Below are positions 38,527 through 49,960 of a stretch of 64,000 bases of DNA, piece after piece. The number at the start of each line of letters is the position of its first letter. Positions within the stretch are counted from its first letter, which is position 1. The DNA is from Raillietiella orientalis. Taxonomy: Eukaryota. The position numbers were made by a program, and so were the translations under genes. The stretch covers positions 806,001-870,000 of the forward strand of contig JAYWIR010000033.1 of assembly GCA_036172245.1 (NCBI GenBank), given 5' to 3'. The notes beneath the pieces were generated by a model. It made no database searches. It was not told where the DNA came from and was given only the letters and a program-made list of their open reading frames with translations.

Positions 38527-39138
38527 TTCAGACAGCGTCTGCATCGTGGTAGCCATCCCATGCCCGGAAACGCCCCAGGAAGTTTGGGAAGTCATTCTTG
38601 TATTTGATTCCGTGGCGCGACGAGAGTCCATCTCGACCTCGCTGGCAGGGGAGACATTGACCACATGGTGCAGGGACTGGGAAATTTGAAAAAACTAGAC
38701 GGAACGTGTGCCGGGTGAGCAACCCGTATCCCCCCCTCCCTTTTCCTCAGAAAAGAACAGTTGTTCATCCACTCATCCACTCTTTCCTTTCGTTCTGCAC
38801 GTTCAGCCCGCCCCGAGCGGGAACCACGCTTGAGAGGTTCCCCTGTCTCACTTGCTAGAAGCTCGCAGGCATTCCTGAGCGACCGGGTCACGCCGCCAAT
38901 CTTCTGCATCCGGAGGCCCTCCGGGGATGTGGAGTTCGTGCATGAACTCGATCATGCTACTCAGAAACACGTCTTGTCATTCCACAAGGAACGGGAAAGA
39001 CCTGCGTTTTCTGGTGTAAGGTGGACACCAGCAACCCACCTTCCCGTGACGTTTCCGCCGTTTCCATAAGGAGGAAGATTGGAGAAACCTCTCGAAGAGG
39101 TGTTCTTTCATCCTGTTTCGCAGAGGCGTTCATCGTAA

Positions 39139-39222
39139 ACATATATATATACATATATATTTATTTATTTACATTGAAACAGTCATTATATACACATACA
39201 CATATGTATATACACCTATATA
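39139..39222. repeat. (TA)n/(CA)n microsatellite adjoining the mariner TIR
   Basis: Seen directly. Confidence 0.8.
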
Positions 39223-40020
39223 TTGGATTGGTGCAAAAGAAATTGCGGTTTCCACGCAACGAGTACAAAGACGCACGTATCCGTTGAAAATCACATGTGG
39301 TAATCAAAATGACGACCATTGGCCTGCACGCGTTTCTCCCAACGGGAAACGGGTTTGTTTACTCCTGCAAGATCGAATCCCGGAGTCCTGGTATCAACGG
39401 GTTCATCATCGAGCTGATGCTTTGATCACCTTGGGAACTGCTCGAGTGCTTAAAAAGATGACAATCTGTCGGAGACAGGTGCGGAGGATGGGGTGGGCGA
39501 GGCGAGGTTTCCTTGTTTGAAGTCATTCGTGACACGGGTGGTCTGGCGTGTTGTCACGAAGAAGAGCTGGTCCTCTTCGATCGACTAATGCTGGCCGTAA
39601 GCGATGCAGCTCCTCGTGCATCCTTTCGGTTTCCTAGCAATATGTTTCCGCTGCTGTGGTTTTACCAGGATTTAACAAGTCGTGGCGAAGGATGCCACTC
39701 ACAGGGACCGCAATCTTTTTCGGCTTAGGAAACGCTTCGGTGCTTCTCCCCGGTCCAGCCACTGTGTGGTAGGGAATCCACCTTCCGTCACGTGTGGCAA
39801 TGCCATCCAGGAAGGGGCCATCTTGGTCACTCAAAAGAAACGCAGAACAGACTGCGTATGGCCGAATTGCTCGATTCGCTCATGCGGCGCCCATTGATCC
39901 ATTGAGCTTTCTTGCTTTTCCAATCAGTCTCAAATGTCGGACAGCTGTTGCATGATCAACACGGAGTTCTTCTGCCGCCTCTCGAGTTATTTTCTACGCA
40001 GCTTCAGTAACGGTTCTTAA
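39221..40020 (-). mobile_element. Hsmar1-like (cecropia subfamily) mariner fossil, 5' end lost; one TIR at 39223-39252 with flanking TA
   Basis: TA+TTGGATTGGTGCAAAAGAAATTGCGGTT matches the Hsmar1/MADE1 TIR. Transposase remnants: TREAAEEL.VDHATAVRHL..IGK, WAPHE, PFLDGIATRDGRWIPY, QWLDRGEAPK, LNPGKT, RPALVDRRGP.LLRDN, HLSPTDCHLFKH, GVNKPVSRWEKRVQANGRHFD. Confidence 0.92.
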
Positions 40021-40039
40021 ATCATCTTGAATCTGAAGG

Positions 40040-40890
40040 ACGTCCACGACCCTCCTCCATTTTCGTTTCCATCCGTTTCCATTTCCTTCCAGGAGAGTAC
40101 AGGTCTCTTCTGGGTCCAGGGTGGCCTCTGCCGCCTGTTCCCCCAACTCACACCCTGGAGGGCAGCCTTGTTCACTGGAGTGATGGGGGGACTTACCACC
40201 AGACAGTGTGTCGGCTTACGAGGACCATCTTCTGTTGCTGCTCCCCATGTCCACTTCGGCTCCTGCACTCGAAAGCTTCTTCGGGCTGCTTAGCCGTAGG
40301 ACGGGTCTGGAGATGAACAAGACGAAATGTTCTATCGTTCCAGTTGGTGCGGTGTGGGCAAAATCAAAGATCTCCGGATTCGGGTTGACAGGATTTGAGA
40401 TCTGATTAGGCAACCTTTGGAGATCGTTTCGACATACGGATGATTTCAATGGCCACAAATCCCTCGCAACTCTCCACCTTCGCACCGCTTCGCTTTGTCT
40501 TTCGGTGTTTCCGAAGAAGCATTATTGCTAGTTGAAATATTTTGGCGTCTTCTTTCTGCGTTCCAGGCCGCTGCTATTCCGCGAAGACGGCAGAAGACTG
40601 CGGGGGACGCGGGTGGTGTCAGTGCTTCATGCACAATAGGAGGCGTCTCGAAATGCCCCCAGGCTCTCCAGCTGGGATTCTGAGCGTCGTCCTTAGGAGA
40701 TCCTAAAGGGTTCGGATGGCGGCGCGGTCCAGCAGCAGATGCGGTAGTGTCTCCCGCACCTGATTGCACTCCGGAGTCCAGCTTCCTGCCATTTGAGGGG
40801 GAGGATGCCACTGTTTCGGAACTATGGAGGCCACTTCAGGTTCTAGAAAAATTCCAAGCAGCTCACCCTAGCAAGTATGCGGTCTGTATG
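40040..40890 (+). mobile_element. Tx1/L1 RT fragment
   Basis: PGWPLPP (~QGCPLSP), SAYEDH (~AYADD), TGLEMNKTK (~SGL.IN..K). Confidence 0.65.
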
Positions 40891-40894
40891 GTTA

Positions 40895-41750
40895 TTGACA
40901 CCTGATCACGTCGGAGCGTTTATTTATTAAAAACAAACACAGAGAACAGTAGCAAGATGCGTGATGGTACCAAGAACGGGTTCGAGGGCTGGCAGCAGAG
41001 GGAGAGAGGGACAAACAAAAAGAAAAATACAAAAAAAAAATACAAAAAAATTGGGAGGATGGGGGGCTTCGGGAAGGAATCACTGTGTGCTGGAGGGTGC
41101 CCTCTGCATCCTTGTAAGATGCCGGAAAGTTCCTGTCTAAAGATACCCAGATGGGACCATCCTGACGCTATCCTCACGAAGAGGAAAGCAAAGTAGATGG
41201 CGCCTCGATCGTTGTGGCCTCCTCTGGCGCTTCTTTATCCAGATACGATACTGCGTAGGCGGAACAGCGCTGCTAGGGGTGCCAGCTTGATGGTGCCGCT
41301 CTGGAAGAGGCTCTGAAGATCGTCAGTCCTCGTGGATCCGCAAGGACGCGGCAGAGTGCTCCCATAGGGGACGGAGGGCAACACAATCCATGACCAGGTG
41401 CGGGAGGGACTCTCTCTCGCTGCACCTGCCGCAGTTAGGACTTGCAGTCCCCCGGGTCCAATAGTATCTGCGAGCGTTGCACGGGAGTCCCCAGTACAAC
41501 AGCTGAGCTTTCCCTGTGTGGGTGGAACACTCGAGTTCGCAATGTCCGTAAGCTCCCGTGCTCTCCGCGCACCCGGAAGCTTCTTCCTTGCTGCAACCCC
41601 CAAAAAGAAACTTCCTTCGTCAGGTTTCCTGTCTCCGCTCACGCAGCACACTCTCTTTTTGGTGAGATAATATTCTGTGCAGATGCCTCACATCCAGGCT
41701 GCCTGCACGGAATATCAATTCGCCGAAAAGACACCCAATTTCTTGTTGCA
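40895..41750 (-). mobile_element. 5'-truncated Tx1/L1 copy (zinc knuckle plus 3' UTR)
   Basis: LLYWGLPCNARRYYWTRGTASPNCGRCSERESLPHLVMDC (CCHC, zf-RVT type); family 3' UTR ending AATAAACGCTCCGACGTGATCAGGTG. Confidence 0.8.
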
Positions 41751-41759
41751 TGAGTAGAG

Positions 41760-43122
41760 AAACCTGCCAAGCTGGCCACAGATGGAAATCCTTTTAGGGG
41801 TCTTTTGTTTCCCCTGCTTTCCTTCCTGCTTTTGGAGAGAATGGAGCTGCAGCTCCAGTTTTGGACACTTGTCCTCGTGTCAAACCTCTGGAACACCATC
41901 TGGTGCTAACCTGCATGTCTTCTCGTCCAGCAAGCTACCGGCAGCGTGGGACTCGAGTCTTTCCTTGCGCTCCGTCCACTCAGTCTTATCCACGGCGGAT
42001 TTCAACCTGCGGCAGGCGGCCACGCTGACCAGGAAAAACGGATGGATCTCGTGCTGTACTGTGAACGCTAGCGTCTGGCTGCAGGAAACCGTTCTCACGT
42101 TAGCGAGGATCCAGGAGCCAAGGAAGGAAGAGGTGCGACGTTTCCTGTGCGTGCGCAACAACAACTGCACGTTTGGGAGATCCTGGAAGATCCCGTGAAG
42201 AGTGCATGGGCAAGAAGAACCTCCCTCGCCGCAGCGCCACCCTCCCTTAGGGAACACATGGACAGCAGCCTTACGGCTAGATGGGAGGTTACTGTGGAAA
42301 CCTCCGGAAGGAGGAAAGGACTGGGCGAGTGGACGACGGGCCAGCTCACCGACACTGTGACCCCGATTGCTCGACCTTGTAGACTTTTGCACGGGCATGC
42401 TACTGGGTATTCCGGAGGAAGGCCTGCAGTGGCTCCCGGTGCTCATCGACTCCCGCATCCTCCCACTGAAGTGGCAAAAGTCGGCGTTGATGCTGCTGTA
42501 TTGGGGCCTCCCGTGCAACGCCCACCGGCATCATTGGATAAGAGGGGGAGGGGGGATCCAAACTGTGGAAGGTGCGGGGAGCGGAGAATCCCTCCCGCAC
42601 CTCCTAGTGGACTGTCTTGCCCTCCGGTCCCTTTAAGAACGCTTTGGTGAGACCCTTGAAACCCCTGGCGGCAACCCCAGATTGGTGTGATGCGGCTCCT
42701 CTTAGCACGAGAAGCCCTTAAAGAACTTTGCTGCCTTCGTGGGATCGTGGAGGCGTGGAGAGAAGCCAACGACAGGGACAGCATCCACTTTGCTGCGCTT
42801 TTCACGGATAGCGGTCAGATGGCATCACCTGGATAATAGCATGAAGTAAGACCTTGCAGGCATCCTCCAAAGGATACAGAGGATCTCCCCCAGAAGGCTG
42901 TGATCCCTTCCCGTAACTCCCGAAACTGTCTCATTTTTGTTTTGTTTATTTTTCTTTTTGTTTGGCCCTCCCCTCTGCTGCCATGGTTCACCTCACCGGT
43001 CTGAGAATCGGTAACACGGCAGGTTAGATCTACAGAGAGGACGTGGTTGGAACACCGGTCCAACTACTAAAACTATGAATGCCTATTTTATTTTAAATAA
43101 GTTCCCCGGTGAACCTGGGTGA
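41760..43122 (+). mobile_element. 5'-truncated Tx1/L1 copy (post-RT region, zinc knuckle, 3' UTR)
   Basis: LLYWGLPCNAHRHHW...PNCGRCGE/ESLPHLLVDC; 3' UTR ending AATAAGTTCCCCGGTGAACCTGGGTGAAAAA. Confidence 0.8.
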
Positions 43123-43399
43123 AAAACCAGCTCATAGTAGTACCTAGTGGTGAACGAACTGTGGGAAGAGCAACTGGTCCCAGTGATTCCTTGCTTTCTT
43201 CCCGTTGCATGGGAGACGGCATAGTGGCAGCCGCCACTGGATGCGGCTGTTTCTCTACATCCAACAAATCAAGCACCGTGAACGTTCCAAGAACCGTGGC
43301 AGCTACGCGTGGGCCCAGGTAATGAGGAGGGACGTCCGGGAGCTCTTTTCCGCCGAAAAGTGAAAACCAGGAGGTGGGCTGGCCATAGCTGCCAGCCGC

Positions 43400-44500
43400 T
43401 ACGAGATCCGAAATGTGAACCTGAGGGCGGCTGGATAGACACTACCGAGGGGGGCAACCCAACCTCGGAGTAACTCCTGCTGTTTTACCAAGGATGAATG
43501 CTGAGTGACTCGAGGGTGGAGTGCTGGACAGGGAACAGCCAACACGAGTTCTGCAAGGCATACGGGGTCGGGGAAACACAACCAGCTCCGTGTCCTCAGC
43601 TGCTCAACTCCGAGCCGGGCTTAGGCAACGCAGAAGGCGGTGACCGACTTGCAGGCGATCCCCAAGACCGAGGGAGATTTCGGCGGGAATGTTTGGAGGG
43701 AACGGGAACAATACAATCGAATGCCCATATAACCCCATTCTTCAATGGTCCCATCGCCCTCTTCATCACCAGCGTTGTGCATAAGAAACGCAAGAATGCG
43801 AAACACCGGAGCAACATTGCCTCCTGTCATCATTCTGCAAGAATTTTCACGGTGGGAGATAGGCGTCAGGATGTGTGTTGAAGTACCCATCTGGGCATGC
43901 CGCTGCATCTTGAAGAAGATCGAGGAAGTTACCCAATTGAGTGGAATGCCCACCAGCCTGTCCCAAAAGAAAAACGGAACATGAACCACGACTGTAACAC
44001 TTGGTGTCCACAACTTCAGGTGCGGAGCACTTAGCAGAGTGCCTGCAAATGTGCGCGGTTGTTTGGGATCGCGGGCAGGCCATGTGATATGAATTCACCC
44101 CTCGCCGCTGGTCGGAAATGGGTACAAAATCAGTAGGTCCGATCCCTTGGAATCCTGCAGGATTTCACATCGAGGAAGATTCTCGAAAGGATCAGCTCAG
44201 ATTCGATTCCGGGCTGGTCTGACCAGCTCGACCGCGTTTACCCTCACAGCCGCATCCACGGGCTGCCATCGGGTGGACCACACTGTGGAGCACCTTAGGC
44301 GGCGGACCCCGTGGCGTTCCCTGCCGCTCACCTTCCCTTGGTCTTCGAACGCAAGCTGAGAATCCTGGCAGGACGGGGCCGTTACCGTGAAGGAACCTCC
44401 CAAGAGCTTTTTTTGGCAACCGCGTTGAGAGAGGCTCTGTTTTGAACAACATAGGCGACGACGGTAGCGCTCGCCCCAGGTCATGTGTGAAACAAAAATC
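43400..44500 (-). mobile_element. Possible L1/Tx1 ORF1 fossil
   Basis: VVVHVPFFFW, LKNGV.. ..LP and degenerate GH..C knuckle-like remnants in L1/Tx1 ORF1 order; frameshifted. Confidence 0.3.
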
Positions 44501-45719
44501 AGGAGTTTATTTCACTTGAGCGGTTCATTACTGTCTTTGGGTAATACGTGAAGCAAAGGTCAAAAGTGCTTTCACTTGAAGATACTTTAGGTCTCCGATG
44601 GGGACTAAAAGTGTTTTCGAGTTTAGCTACGAATTACTTCGGTCTAATCACAAAGTACACAACTCTGAAACACTCCAAAGATATGTTGGTTCACCAGGGG
44701 AATTCTGTTCCAGATTAGTGGGTGAAGGATTCTGCACTTGGTAAATTTCGAAATTTCCATCGTCTCTGAATTAAAATTTTAATTATATAATTCAACGCCT
44801 GACATGCCATGTCACGCCAGCTTTCAGGTCTTCAGCTTTTAGGTATGTGAGAGTTTCAGGAGCTTTATAAACACGAAAACGGGAGGTAAACTCAGCTCGC
44901 CAGTAGGAAACAGCGAAGAAAACAAGGTCGGGGGGAATGGCAATAGATAAAAAAACTCAGCAGAGCAAAGAGCACATTTCGTGCGATCGTTATGGTGATG
45001 GATTCCGTTCGATTTCCTTTACCTTGGCACACTTTTCGTGGGTTTCGACTATCTACATTGTGCTGAAGAGATAGCTCGAAAGGAGCCGCTTTGAGAATAA
45101 AAGAATAAAAAAAAAAAAAAAAAACACTTTGCCACAGACAGCCAGAAAAACATGCCGAGGCCACAATAAAAATGCTAGCCTCCATCTTTGTTTTCCGTGA
45201 TGCTGAGTCTCGAGATTTGAATCCCTTGCCGAAAATTGCTACACACACACACACCTGCATCCGTCACCTACTGAATATGCTCGCTAACATGGGGGGTGAA
45301 AGCTTGGGAAAAAGGTAACACAACGAGACAGTCATACATTAAAAACTTTGTGAGGTTTTCAGCAAAGCGGATTTGCAGGAAGACAGTGTTTTCTGTTGAT
45401 GAGTTCCTCTTACAGCTGTTCTCATAGCCCCTTGCCTGTTTCGAGGGTGTCGATACTTTAGTAAGAACGTACTGTATCAGTATATACATATACCTATATC
45501 GTGAGCATGACGAGAAGCTGGACGAGGAAAAAAAAAAAATCTGCATTGAAAGAATAGGATTCGGAGACACTTCTGCCAAACATCATTGTTTTGATATCTT
45601 TATTTTGCGGTAGAGATTTAAGATAGAGGCTGCGGTACGTAGGGAATACATTTTAGGGGGGGAAGGGGGAGAGATGAAGTCGGCGAATGCTACTTGGATC
45701 GGTTTTCGAAGTTAAAAAT

Positions 45720-48700
45720 TGACAAAACCGTCCAAGGAGACCTGGATGCTATCACCGATTCCCAAGTTTGTGGCTTGTCCTAACGAGAGCAGGCATCTGA
45801 ACGTCCCAGAAGACATCATCAAGCCAAACTCGGCATGCAAACCACACCTTTGCACTTTGGATCCCTGTTCCCTGTCCCGTTCGAGAATTTTCTTCTCCCT
45901 CATTCGCGAGCTCACTTCTGCCTGAGGTAGCGGCGCGAACAGTGAACGCGGTGAGTGAGGCCACTTGAAAAAGTGGATGCGAAGCGCTGGAAGATGAGAG
46001 CTCGGTATGATGGCATCCCGAGGTGCGACAAAGACCTCGCATATGATTTCCTTCGGGAGACTTAAGCTACCATGCGTTCTGTGGGCTCTCTGGAATGCTC
46101 CGATTTCATGCAGAGAACCACGGAATGAACGAATGCCAAGTGCTCGAGGGGGCGTGCCGACGATGAGGGCGCTCACCGTATACAGAAGTGAAAGGAGAAT
46201 GACAGGAAAAAATGCTTTCTTAGCCAGCGGCCGCTTGCCCTGTTTGCGAAAGTATACGAAACGTTCCGTCTTCTTGCATGCAACTCTGTGAAGACGGATG
46301 CACAAAGGACAGCGAGGTGCCCTCCGAACCCTTTAAGCCTCGGCGATCTTCGAATGGAATGCCGAGCTGTCGCCCTAAGAAGCCCTTTTTTCCATCCACT
46401 TGAAAATGGTATAGTCGACCCTTTTCCTAAGACGTAGGTCACCTTGTACAGCTAGCAGGACTTGAGTGTCTTCGTCTTCGTCGAACAAATCTGCTACGTT
46501 CTCTTCGAAGTCCCATGTGTGCACTTTCGCTTCCAAATTCCCTTGGATGTTTCGGAGTGTCCTGTCATTTGATCTTGTCGCTTACGCACACCCATCCTTG
46601 CATTGCACAAATAATTCTGCCACAGCATGGGAGTGGAACAATCGTCCACATTACCACCACACTGCTGCCTTCATTGTGACGATGTGGCACATTACTTCGA
46701 TTGAATAATCTGAACGACTGCACGCATGCAGATCCATTCCCTGTGCTGTTTATCACCCGGGTGCGCCGGGGCGTTTATTAAAAACTATCCGGTAACAGAG
46801 TTCCTGGACAAAGGGGAAAACAAGATACGAAGGGGGTGGGATCCCCGACACGCAGGTCGGTATGGCGAAAGTCCGGAACGGGAGGAAGAGGACCACAAAT
46901 AGACTACTATAAAAAAATAAAAATAAAAATATGGTGGGCAGGGGACAGGGGTCTTTGGTGAGTCCGTTCCTTCCTTTCAAAACCGGCGATGGATGCCGGC
47001 GATCTCTCTCCTTACGTCCTGCGGCAGATGGGCCCACTCGGCAGCCGACGACATGCTTGTGCTGGCTAATCCGCTGGGCTGACGAAGGATGGCCAGCTTC
47101 TCCAACACTCGGTGGGCCTCGGCGATGGCGCGGGTGCAACACACGATTGCAACGACAGCACCCAAAGACAGGCCGCCTGGTGTGAAGAAGCGGCGCATCA
47201 AGTCTCTTGCGGTGTCCCCCTGGTGCAGGAGAGCTGAGGCCAGCCTCCGCCAAAGTCCCAGAAGGGCACCGCAGTCCAAGAGCAGGTGCGGGAGCGTTTC
47301 CACTTCCCCGCACCGCTTACAGTTTGGGGAGACAACTCCCCCGGAAACACGGTTCGTCCGCTGGTTGGAGTGAAAATCCCAATGCACCAGCATGATGACG
47401 TCCTGCTTCCACGAAAGGGGGAACACAGAAGTGTTCAAACAGGAGGGAGGGACCACAAGTTCTTCGGAGGGCACACTCAAGTGTTCACTCCACCGAAGTA
47501 GTCCCTTCGGAACGTGGCGAGGCGTGGCGGCGTCTGCCAGATCTCAAGTCCTCCAGCCGCCAATAGGTCGTGTTGTTCCTGCAATGGTGCAGGCGACCTC
47601 CCATCTCGCCGGTTCGCAGCTGTCATTTCTTGCCCTGAGGGCTGACAGTGCGCCGGCGAGGGGGGTGAGGGCCAGGCCGGTCCACTTCTCCTGGCTGCTG
47701 CAGACCTCATCCACCGTGCAGTACGGGGAGAGGTGAACGCAACGGAGTTCCAGGAGGGAAATATCCTGGTGCTTTGCCCAGCCATGCAACGGTTCCTGCA
47801 GCCAGGCTTGAAAGTTCGTTGGGCGGCAGGAGATCCATTCCCTGTGCTGTTCGGGAGCGATTATCTTCCGTAACCCCTATCCTGTGTGGGGTCTTTTCCT
47901 GAATGTCATCTGCAAGTGCCAGGGAATGAGGATCAGCAGTGCTGCGTCCGATTCTGCCCATGAAACGAGAAAGCCGTGTCCCTCGCGAAAATGATTCAGC
48001 GGAAACGAAGAGAGCACCGGCGCTGCTTCCAGAAATGCCACCCTTTCCAAAATCTTCCCCATTCTTCCCCACTCCACTTTCTCTCTCCCATAGCATGAGA
48101 TTGACCGTGTGCAGGCAGAGATCCGTCTCCAACTCAGCTCGCTTCCAGCTAATCAACATGTACCATCAGTGCGATTTTCTAGTTGAGGCAATCACGAATT
48201 GGCGCCTCCAACGCGACTTTTTGAAATCACTGAATCGGAAACCTTAGCTGGACGCTCGCGAAGCACAACCAGACAGACAATACGGAGTAGTTTCTGGCCT
48301 CTGGTGCATCGTTCGCATTTCCATTACCCACTAGGTGACATCCCACTTGAAAAAGAAACCGAAGCGGACATCTGGCCCTCCCGCATGGACATGACGGCAA
48401 CCCTAGTTCTTCCTCTCCACGCTCATTTTTATCTATTTGTAAGTATGTTTTTTTGTTTTTTGTGTTTTTCCATAAAATGAACCACCCTGTGCAACCGGGT
48501 TCGAAACAGATATCCGGCTGTTGTTCATCTTCACACTGCTGCCATTGAAAAGCAAAGTTCCTAAACGGAAGGCAATTGGAGTTAAAAATGGCCGTAGCAT
48601 GGAGTCATAATAGTAGGACTTGACCATCACGTCTGCCAGAGATATCCATCTACCCGACACATCCACGTCAATGACAGAATAGATTGAACTGTGGTGATGA

Positions 48701-48760
48701 ACAGAAAATCACATCTTCACCCGGGCCACCATTGGCATCCTAGAGATTGTCGGTTCTGTC
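45720..48760 (-). mobile_element. Older L1/Tx1 ORF2 (endonuclease to RT) fossil, interrupted at 46751-47851
   Basis: EN motifs DVSGRWI and FSDF. RT motifs LYK/GD..R...VDGK (~RPISLLNVDYK), KKAFFPV (~EKAFDRV), HGSLS..I..V/GC (~NG.LS....RGVRQGCP), NLGI. Confidence 0.6.
46751..47830 (-). mobile_element. 5'-truncated Tx1/L1 copy with a 21-bp target-site duplication
   Basis: SPNCKRCGEVETLPHLLLDC knuckle and family 3' UTR. Identical AGATCCATTCCCTGTGCTGTT at 46730-46750 and 47831-47851. Confidence 0.88.
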
Positions 48761-49499
48761 ACCCTCGCTATTAAGTACCGAGTAAGGACGACTCACGAGC
48801 AGCGTGAATCTCCATCAGCAGCTGAGGCATACGAACCATCACTCGCACAACATAAACCTTATGTCCGGCTTTTCGCTGAATAATCTGCAAAACGGGAAAA
48901 CTGAATTGAACAACTGAAAACTGAACAGTAAAGGAACAAGGGGTACCTTGTTTCTTTTTTATGGCTCTATGCTATCCATATGTGGTGATTTCCCACCCCA
49001 AAATAATTTTTTGGTCGATAGGAACAATATGAACACCTCCTTTGTCAGCTGCTTATTGGTAATAGTAGTCAAACTAAGAGTAATAGAGTCAAACTAACAG
49101 ACTAAGAGTAAATGCCGTAGACTCAGTTGTGAAATTGCAATCAACATCAGCCACATGTCCACCAGCGTTACGAGTGTGCATAACATTATACGGAAACAGA
49201 CTGTACAGTCCATAGAGCCACAATAGTTTCTGTGAAAGATGAACACAAGAAGAATCATTAAAATAACAAAATCTCATGATCTAACAAGGTTCAAACGAGC
49301 ATAAAAAGGCTCCCATCATTCTCCTGTTCGTCATCAGCGCTCCCAGCATGGCGGTCTTCAACCAAAACGCGCCAACCAAATTCGGTCGGACTCTCCTCCC
49401 ACTGCTTCCCAAACCTCATAATCTTTCCTTACCTTTTTTGCTTCAGTCTCAGGGATGAGTTCCTTCTTCAACATTCCTGGCCACCTCCTTGCTGCCTAT

Positions 49500-49960
49500 G
49501 CTCACTTACAATAGATAAAGTCTTGTTTTCATTGTCCAGATGGCTGGTCAGATCCGATGAATTGCGTTTCTTCAGTCTCAAGTCCTACTCTGTTTTTGCT
49601 CTTTACCCATCTTTTGCTTTATGGCGTCATATACCACACCTCAGAATGTTTTCTGACATCCACTAATACTTCTATGTCCTGATCTACTCATAGAACCCCA
49701 AGATTATTCATTTTTCACACAGCGCCCTACACAGCACCTCTTCCTATCATTATTGGGAAGTCAGCCCAAAAACAAATTAGCCGACACATAGAAGTTGTTC
49801 CAGGAATACGAAGTCCAAGATCCTTTATAGAGAAACTTACTATCCAACCAGTCAGCATTTTAGTACACTCAAGTTCGATTTTTCTTTGGTGCGGTGCTTT
49901 GATTCATGTGTTGCTCGGTATTTACCATACTCATCAACATATGAAGTGATGCGTGATAGA
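49500..49960 (-). mobile_element. Tc1/mariner-superfamily transposase fossil
   Basis: WIVSFS (~W..V.FSDE), CFWADF (~V.W..FS), NSSDL..AIW (~NSPDLNP...IW), in order. Confidence 0.4.

Noticed and set aside
40040..43122. Twin-priming 5' inversion explaining the opposed Tx1 fragments
   Set aside because: The head-to-head pair both contain the 3' end, and the complementary pair is tail-to-tail. Neither fits twin-priming geometry, and no shared TSD was found.
43600..44100. ZNFX1-like or DIRS-like coding sequence
   Set aside because: Cys/His spacing does not fit, the frames are broken, and an L1/Tx1 ORF1 remnant is more plausible.
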